From positions 1-32,000 of the forward strand of contig JAQVGI010000002.1 of the NCBI GenBank assembly GCA_028696805.1: a stretch of 32,000 nt of DNA, given 5' to 3'. The notes beneath the pieces are model-generated. The model saw nothing but the letters and a program-made list of their open reading frames with translations, was not told the origin of the DNA and made no database searches. This stretch comes from Alphaproteobacteria bacterium (GTDB lineage Bacteria > Pseudomonadota > Alphaproteobacteria > CAAHEQ01 > UBA3637). Each line of letters starts with the position of its first letter. Positions within the stretch are counted from its first letter, which is position 1. The translations under genes and the position numbers were made by a program. This document shows positions 28,019-32,000 of the stretch, one piece after another.

Positions 28019-28047
28019 TTGACTTTCCCGGGCGTTTCCGATATACT
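28019..28047 (+). promoter_or_regulatory. promoter TTGACT-17-TATACT for rpsF-rpsR-rplI
   Basis: The hexamers leave a leader of about 110 nt. Confidence 0.55.
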
Positions 28048-28048
28048 C

Positions 28049-28092
28049 CCCGCATCCGAATAAAATCCTTGCTCGCGCTATTCGGACGCGGG
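28049..28092 (+). promoter_or_regulatory. 5'-terminal stem-loop in the rpsF leader
   Basis: CCCGCATCCGAATA (28049-28062) pairs with TATTCGGACGCGGG (28079-28092), giving 14 positions with one A.C mismatch and a 16-nt loop. Confidence 0.5.
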
Positions 28093-28164
28093 CTATGTTT
28101 CGGGCGCGGGTTCAAAGGTGGGCCGGCGTATAAACGGAAACGAGAAAATCCATAAGGAGAATAC

Positions 28165-28542
28165 ATGGCTTTTTATGAAAATGTCTTTATCGCGGGTCAG
28201 GATTTGACGCCCGCGAAAGCGACGGATCTGGCCGACAAGTATGCTTCCGTCATCGCGGAGAACGGCGGCAAGGTCGCCCGCCGCGAGGATTGGGGACTGC
28301 GCACGCTGGCCTATCCGATCAACAAGAACCGCAAGGGGTATTACACGCTGATGGCGATCGACGCGCCGCCGGCCGCCGTCGTTGAGATGGAGCGCCTGAT
28401 GCGCCTGGACGAAAACCTGCTGCGCTACCTGACGATCAAAACGGACGCCTTGGAAAAAGGGCCGTCCGTGATGATGGAGCCGAAATCCCGCGGTCGGCGC
28501 GGCGACGACAAATATTCAATCGAAGTGAACGGGGGTATCTGA
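28165..28542 (+). CDS. rpsF: 30S ribosomal protein S6
   Basis: MAFYENVFIAGQDL... and ..EDWGLRTLAYPINK...GYY. AAGGAG lies upstream. Confidence 0.96.
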   Translation: MAFYENVFIAGQDLTPAKATDLADKYASVIAENGGKVARREDWGLRTLAYPINKNRKGYYTLMAIDAPPAAVVEMERLMRLDENLLRYLTIKTDALEKGPSVMMEPKSRGRRGDDKYSIEVNGGI

Positions 28543-28778
28543 TGGCCGAAATCAAAGGAAATTTTTATCGCGCGCGCAAAACGTGCCAATTCTGCACCGA
28601 ACGCGCCAAGGATGTCGATTATAAGGACGTCCGCCTGTTGGGACGCTTTTTAGGCGAGCGCGGCCGCTTGGCGCCGGGACGCGTGTCCGGCATCTGCGCC
28701 GCTCATCAACGCAAATTGGGCAAGGCGATCAAACGGGCGCGCTATCTGGCGCTCCTGCCGTTCGTCAGCCAGGATTAA
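28542..28778 (+). CDS. rpsR: 30S ribosomal protein S18
   Basis: 78 aa with ..CQFCTE....VDYKDV.LL.RFL.ERG.....RVSG.CA.HQRKL..AIKRARYLALLPF. Confidence 0.96.
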   Translation: MAEIKGNFYRARKTCQFCTERAKDVDYKDVRLLGRFLGERGRLAPGRVSGICAAHQRKLGKAIKRARYLALLPFVSQD

Positions 28779-28789
28779 GGAGAACGCTC

Positions 28790-29491
28790 ATGGAAATCAT
28801 TTTATTGGAACGCATCGACCGGCTGGGCCAGATGGGCGACGTGGTCAAGGTCAAAAACGGCTACGCCCGCAACTACCTCTTCCCGCAGAAAAAAGCGCTG
28901 CGCAAGACCAAGGACAACCTGGCGTATTTCGAAACGCGCCGCAAGGAGTTCGAGGCCCACAACGCACAGCTGAAAAAAGCCGCCGAGGAGCTGGCGCAGA
29001 AATTGTCCGGCGCCTCTGTGACGATCATCCGCCAGGCCGCCGAAACGGGGCAGCTGTATGGATCCGTGACGATGCGCGATGTGTGCGAGGCGCTGCGCGA
29101 TGCCGGCTATGCCGTCGAGCGCACGCAGGTCGTCCTGAACGTGCCGTTCAAGAATATCGGCATTTTCGACGTGAAGCTGGCGCTGCATCCGGACGTGTCG
29201 CAAAACGTGCGCGTGAATGTGGCGCGCTCGGAGGAAGACGCCAAGAAGCTGGCGCATGCGCATGAAAAGGCCAAAGCGCAGGCGGAAGCCGAAGCTGTCC
29301 AGGCCGAAGCGGCTGTGATGCCGGAAGCCGCCGAACCCGCGGACGCCGCCGTCGAGGAAAAGCCCGCGAAGGCGAAGCGCGCTTCCAAAAAAGCCGAAGC
29401 GGTCGAAGAAGAGGCCGTAGCGGAAGAAGCCGCAGCCGAAAAACCCGCGAAGGCGAAAAAGGCAACCAAAAAAGCCGAAAAAGCGAAGTAA
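28790..29491 (+). CDS. rplI: 50S ribosomal protein L9 with about 85-aa A/E/K/P-rich C-terminal extension
   Basis: MEIILLERIDRLGQMGDVVKVKNGYARNYLFPQKKA... It is 233 aa versus the usual 150 aa or so. Confidence 0.96.
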   Translation: MEIILLERIDRLGQMGDVVKVKNGYARNYLFPQKKALRKTKDNLAYFETRRKEFEAHNAQLKKAAEELAQKLSGASVTIIRQAAETGQLYGSVTMRDVCEALRDAGYAVERTQVVLNVPFKNIGIFDVKLALHPDVSQNVRVNVARSEEDAKKLAHAHEKAKAQAEAEAVQAEAAVMPEAAEPADAAVEEKPAKAKRASKKAEAVEEEAVAEEAAAEKPAKAKKATKKAEKAK

Positions 29492-29507
29492 TGCCGTATT
29501 CGGCGCG

Positions 29508-29540
29508 AAACACCCCCCGAGATTTTCGAGGGGTGTTTTG
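29508..29540 (+). terminator. intrinsic terminator after rplI
   Basis: ACACCCC(C)CGA-GATTT-TCG(A)GGGGTGT followed by TTT. Confidence 0.7.
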
Positions 29541-29563
29541 CAATTGATAACTGATGAATTTTG

Positions 29564-30181
29564 TTATTTATTTTTCAAAAGTTGTGCTATTATGGCATTC
29601 CAACTTTTTTCACTCATGTTAAAATAACAATTAGGACTACTCTTTCCACATTTTTGGAAGGCAAAGCCTGCTAATATCGTCGCTATGATAAAACAACCAT
29701 TGGAAACATAGATATGAGTAGGTTCGGTTATATTAAAAATCTGTTCCATCATATGCTTATAACGATAACTCGTATGCCGACGGTTGAGAGTTTTTGTCTT
29801 GCAGATGTTCATTCGCAACCAATTTGATATTTTCAGCACCAATTCATACTCATTAAAGAGTTTTTCTCGTTCTGTTTGAAAACGCTTTTCCTGATTTAAT
29901 TGAGATTCATTTTCACGAGGGTATATGCCAAAACCGAAATATGTAATCATCGGATTTGAATTTATTATTTTTGAATAATCAAGATACTGTTCAGGTGCCT
30001 GTTGTAATTCGTTCCATTTACTAAATCCAGCCTCTTTAGCTATTATGTGTTGTGCTTTCATTAGGCAGAAATTATCAATATTTTTTAAGTGCTTTCCAAC
30101 TCTAAGTGTTGCGGAATATTTTTGCTTTTTATAATCATTCAGTAAATTTTTTGCTAATTTCTTGAAATAAATAATAGACAT
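29564..30181 (-). CDS. hypothetical protein in AT-rich islet
   Basis: 205 aa counted from the ATG at 30181 (MSIIYFKKLAKN..), with AAAGGA 7 nt upstream. Codon usage is strongly AT-biased, unlike all neighbouring genes. No family was confidently recognised. Confidence 0.6.
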   Translation of the reverse strand: MSIIYFKKLAKNLLNDYKKQKYSATLRVGKHLKNIDNFCLMKAQHIIAKEAGFSKWNELQQAPEQYLDYSKIINSNPMITYFGFGIYPRENESQLNQEKRFQTEREKLFNEYELVLKISNWLRMNICKTKTLNRRHTSYRYKHMMEQIFNITEPTHIYVSNGCFIIATILAGFAFQKCGKSSPNCYFNMSEKSWNAIIAQLLKNK

Positions 30182-30422
30182 AATATTATCCTTTCTTGTC
30201 AATTTAAGTCCATTATCTGTGTGTAATTTCGTTCGTAATTATTTGATTAGATAATAAACTTAAAGTTAAAGGGTAATACTATCTTTTGATATGACAAAAT
30301 CTTTGCACGAACAGCTGGCTATATCACTAGCGCAAAATAAACATAGGATAATAAAAATGAAAAGTCAAGTAAAATATGAATGGGTAAAGAATAAATGTTA
30401 ATTAATTGTTTCATTTGTATCA

Positions 30423-30499
30423 TGGTAGGCGGCGAGAGATTCGAACTCCCGACCCTCTCGGTGTAAACGAGATGCTCTAACCAGCTGAGCTAGCCGCCC
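30423..30499 (-). tRNA. tRNA-Val (anticodon UAC), CCA encoded
   Basis: A manual cloverleaf fold was built on the reverse strand: GGGCGGC/TA/GCTC-AGCTGGTTA-GAGC/A/TCTCG-TTTACAC-CGAGA/GGGTC/GGGAG-TTCGAAT-CTCTC/GCCGCCT-A-CCA. Confidence 0.9.
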
Positions 30500-30562
30500 G
30501 CGCGATTTTCCGGCCCTGTGTTCCTTGGTTTCTCCGGCCCTTTGCCCCGCTTTCCGGCATAA

Positions 30563-30592
30563 GAAAAAGGTGGCATAACCATACCACCTTTC
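30563..30592 (-). terminator. intrinsic terminator after hup
   Basis: On the reverse strand, AAAGGTGG-loop-CCACCTTT is followed by TTCTTAT. Confidence 0.6.
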
Positions 30593-30613
30593 TCTTAGGT
30601 TGTCAATATAAAC

Positions 30614-30886
30614 TTAGTTGACGGTGTCTTTCAAGCCTTTGCCGGCGCGGAACTTCGGCTGCTTGCGCGCGGCGATTTTGATCGTGGAGCCCGTGCGCGG
30701 GTTGCGGCCCGTCGTCGCGGAGCGCTTCGTCACATAGAAACGGCCGAAGTTCGTGATCACGACTTCGCCGCCTTTTTTCAGAGAGGCCGTCACGACATCG
30801 ATGAAAGCTTCCAGAGCGCGCCCGGCATCCGCTTTTGTGAAACCGGTTTTGTTGGCCAACGCGTCAACCAATTCTTGTTTATTCAT
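30614..30886 (-). CDS. hup: DNA-binding protein HU
   Basis: 90 aa with MNKQELVDALA..TG.TKADAGRALEAF......L..G..V...GFG.F.V..R.A..GRNP.TG..I.I.A...P.F.AGK.LKD. AAGGAG lies upstream. Confidence 0.93.
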   Translation of the reverse strand: MNKQELVDALANKTGFTKADAGRALEAFIDVVTASLKKGGEVVITNFGRFYVTKRSATTGRNPRTGSTIKIAARKQPKFRAGKGLKDTVN

Positions 30887-31166
30887 AGTAGACTCCTTTT
30901 CTTTATAAAGTTAAGTTTCTAATGAGCAAGGTTTTTGAGGTCTTGCTGAGGTTCAGCTTAGACTGCTTTTTATGCCAAAGTCAACAACAATTTATGAAAA
31001 AAGATAAAAAAAAGCCCGTAAATCGGACATTTTGGGGCCAAAATACAACCGGATGGTGCATTTTCAGGGCGTTATCGGCACCTGCGGTTGTGTCGGGCGC
31101 GTGGTGCAAAGGCCGGCAGATGCGCGTTTTTTTGGGTTTCGGCCGGCGGCGCCGGATAAAAATGCC

Positions 31167-31195
31167 TTGCATTTAAGGCGCCGATGCGGTATACT
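31167..31195 (+). promoter_or_regulatory. promoter TTGCAT-17-TATACT for tRNA-Pro
   Basis: The -10 box ends 12 nt before the mature tRNA 5' end. Confidence 0.55.
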
Positions 31196-31207
31196 GACGC
31201 CTGCCGT

Positions 31208-31284
31208 CGGGGCGTAGCTCAGCCTGGTAGAGTACTTGGTTTGGGACCAAGGTGCCGTAGGTTCAAATCCTATCGCCCCGACCA
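31208..31284 (+). tRNA. tRNA-Pro (anticodon UGG), CCA encoded
   Basis: Manual cloverleaf fold: CGGGGCG/TA/GCTC-AGCCTGGTA-GAGT/A/CTTGG-TTTGGGA-CCAAG/GTGCC/GTAGG-TTCAAAT-CCTAT/CGCCCCG-A-CCA. Confidence 0.9.
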
Positions 31285-31290
31285 ATATCA

Positions 31291-31321
31291 AAAAGCGGAA
31301 GAATATACTTCCGCTTTTTTT
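31291..31321 (+). terminator. intrinsic terminator after tRNA-Pro
   Basis: AAAAGCGGAAG-AATATA-CTTCCGC followed by TTTTTTT. Confidence 0.75.
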
Positions 31322-31435
31322 GTTATCCAATTCCCCTGCAAAGCCCTAGGACAGCCAGGTCTTGGAAATCGTTTTGGTGCAAAGGACCACGAGTGTTTCA
31401 AGGTTATCCCTTTTATATATATACCTTTGCCCAAA

Positions 31436-31579
31436 TATACGTTGGCCAAATTAACTTTTGGAAAGAAGCAACAGTTCTCATTGTTTGAAAACCTCGAGCC
31501 GGAAGATGACAAACTTTCCCGAGTTATTGATCAGCTTGAAAACAAATTCGGCTCAGGAATAATTAAAACTGCACGTTAA
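31436..31579 (+). pseudogene. 3' remnant of a Y-family DNA polymerase gene (DinB/UmuC-like C-terminus)
   Basis: The frame ends ..LTFGKKQQFSLFENLEPEDDKLSRVIDQLENKFGSGIIKTAR*, which matches the usual Y-family C-terminal pattern (..QLSLF......L...iD.in.kfG...i..a). There is no catalytic domain upstream, and the upstream part of this ORF runs over tRNA-Pro. The left boundary is approximate. Confidence 0.5.
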
Positions 31580-31899
31580 TATCCTGCTTCTTGGCAGCGT
31601 TTATTGACTATATTATTGGCGTTACCTTGGATCTTTTCAATTCTTTTTGCTCGGATGCACTCCCATTCTGTTACCGGGTGTTGTTTATCCCAAACGGTTA
31701 GAAGCTGTTTCATCTGCTTGCTGATTTTGAAACGAGGATATTCTTGTTCCATGTAGAAGTATGTTCGGGCAATTACACCTCGTGAAGCAACTGGTGGTTC
31801 TACCTTTTTACCATCAATCTTCATAGCACATGAGCCAAACGTGTTAGGTGTATTTTCCGGTAGTTGTGTAAAATTGTAATTTGAACGTAATGCATTAAT
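31576..31899 (-). pseudogene. truncated endonuclease I (EndA-family) gene, C-terminal portion only
   Basis: ..FGSCAMKIDGKKVEPPVASRGVIARTYFYMEQEYP...WDKQHPVTEWECIRAKRIEKIQGNANNIVNKRCQ parallels the E. coli EndA C-terminus (..ARGAIARTYFYM...[29 protein letters not shown]). An in-frame TAA at 31900-31902 cuts off the N-terminal half, and no signal peptide is present. Confidence 0.65.
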
Positions 31900-32000
31900 T
31901 TAACCTCTTGTATTACGTAATTCGAATATAAAGACTGAATCATTTCATCAGGCATAGGCGTAAATTTAATATTATTGCTCTCAAGTAACTTAGAGAGCCT

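Noticed and set aside
29541-30500. Search for att-type direct repeats of the tRNA-Val 3' end at the far edge of the AT-rich islet
   Set aside because: No convincing repeat was found by eye, so I do not call a mobile element or integration site.
30922-31176. 84-aa + strand ORF and 63-aa minus-strand ORF in the hup to tRNA-Pro spacer
   Set aside because: They overlap each other, they have odd composition, and they cover the hup and tRNA-Pro promoter regions. No SD is present.
31184-31435. Upstream part of the 131-aa ORF that ends in the Y-family polymerase remnant
   Set aside because: It runs straight across tRNA-Pro and its terminator. Only the last 48 or so codons look like real, ancestral coding sequence.
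1-32000. CRISPR arrays, long tandem or interspersed repeats, IS elements, rRNA genes
   Set aside because: None was detected on reading both strands. The only repeats seen are the short coding repeat in the L9 tail and the small hairpins and palindromes listed above.

Overview
This is a high-GC bacterial chromosomal window (about 60% G+C judged by eye, not computed). It is dominated by one uninterrupted + strand ribosomal-protein supercluster at 5579-22362: rpsL-rpsG-fusA-rpsJ-rplC-rplD-rplW-rplB-rpsS-rplV-rpsC-rplP-rpmC-rpsQ-rplN-rplX-rplE-rpsN-rpsH-rplF-rplR-rpsE-rplO-secY-adk-rpsM-rpsK-rpoA-rplQ. Two features match the alphaproteobacterial gene order: secY-adk-rpsM-rpsK-rpoA-rplQ has no infA, rpmJ or rpsD, and rpsF-rpsR-rplI has no ssb or priB. 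Two features depart from that order: tuf is absent between fusA and rpsJ, and rpmD is absent between rpsE and rplO. Other housekeeping genes are nadK, xth, zntB, rpmI-rplT, rarA, an ASCH-domain gene, rpsF-rpsR-rplI, HU, tRNA-Val(UAC) and tRNA-Pro(UGG). Most of the window is ordinary core genome, and no CRISPR array, intact mobile element or rRNA was seen. The parts worth a second look are listed here. (1) A divergent ferredoxin / unassigned radical-SAM / stand-alone cupin locus at 23324-25506. (2) Three unassigned genes, two with Cys/His-rich termini, directly upstream of zntB at 2376-5238. (3) An orphan VirB8-like bitopic membrane protein directly after rplQ. (4) Five genes whose sigma70-like -10 box lies 6-7 nt from the ATG with no Shine-Dalgarno sequence, which suggests leaderless mRNAs. 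(5) Two AT-rich foreign-looking segments next to the tRNA genes: one holds a single orphan ORF, the other holds 3' remnants of a Y-family polymerase gene and an endonuclease I gene. None of these is demonstrably a new system from sequence alone. All family assignments come from motif recognition by eye, not from database searches.
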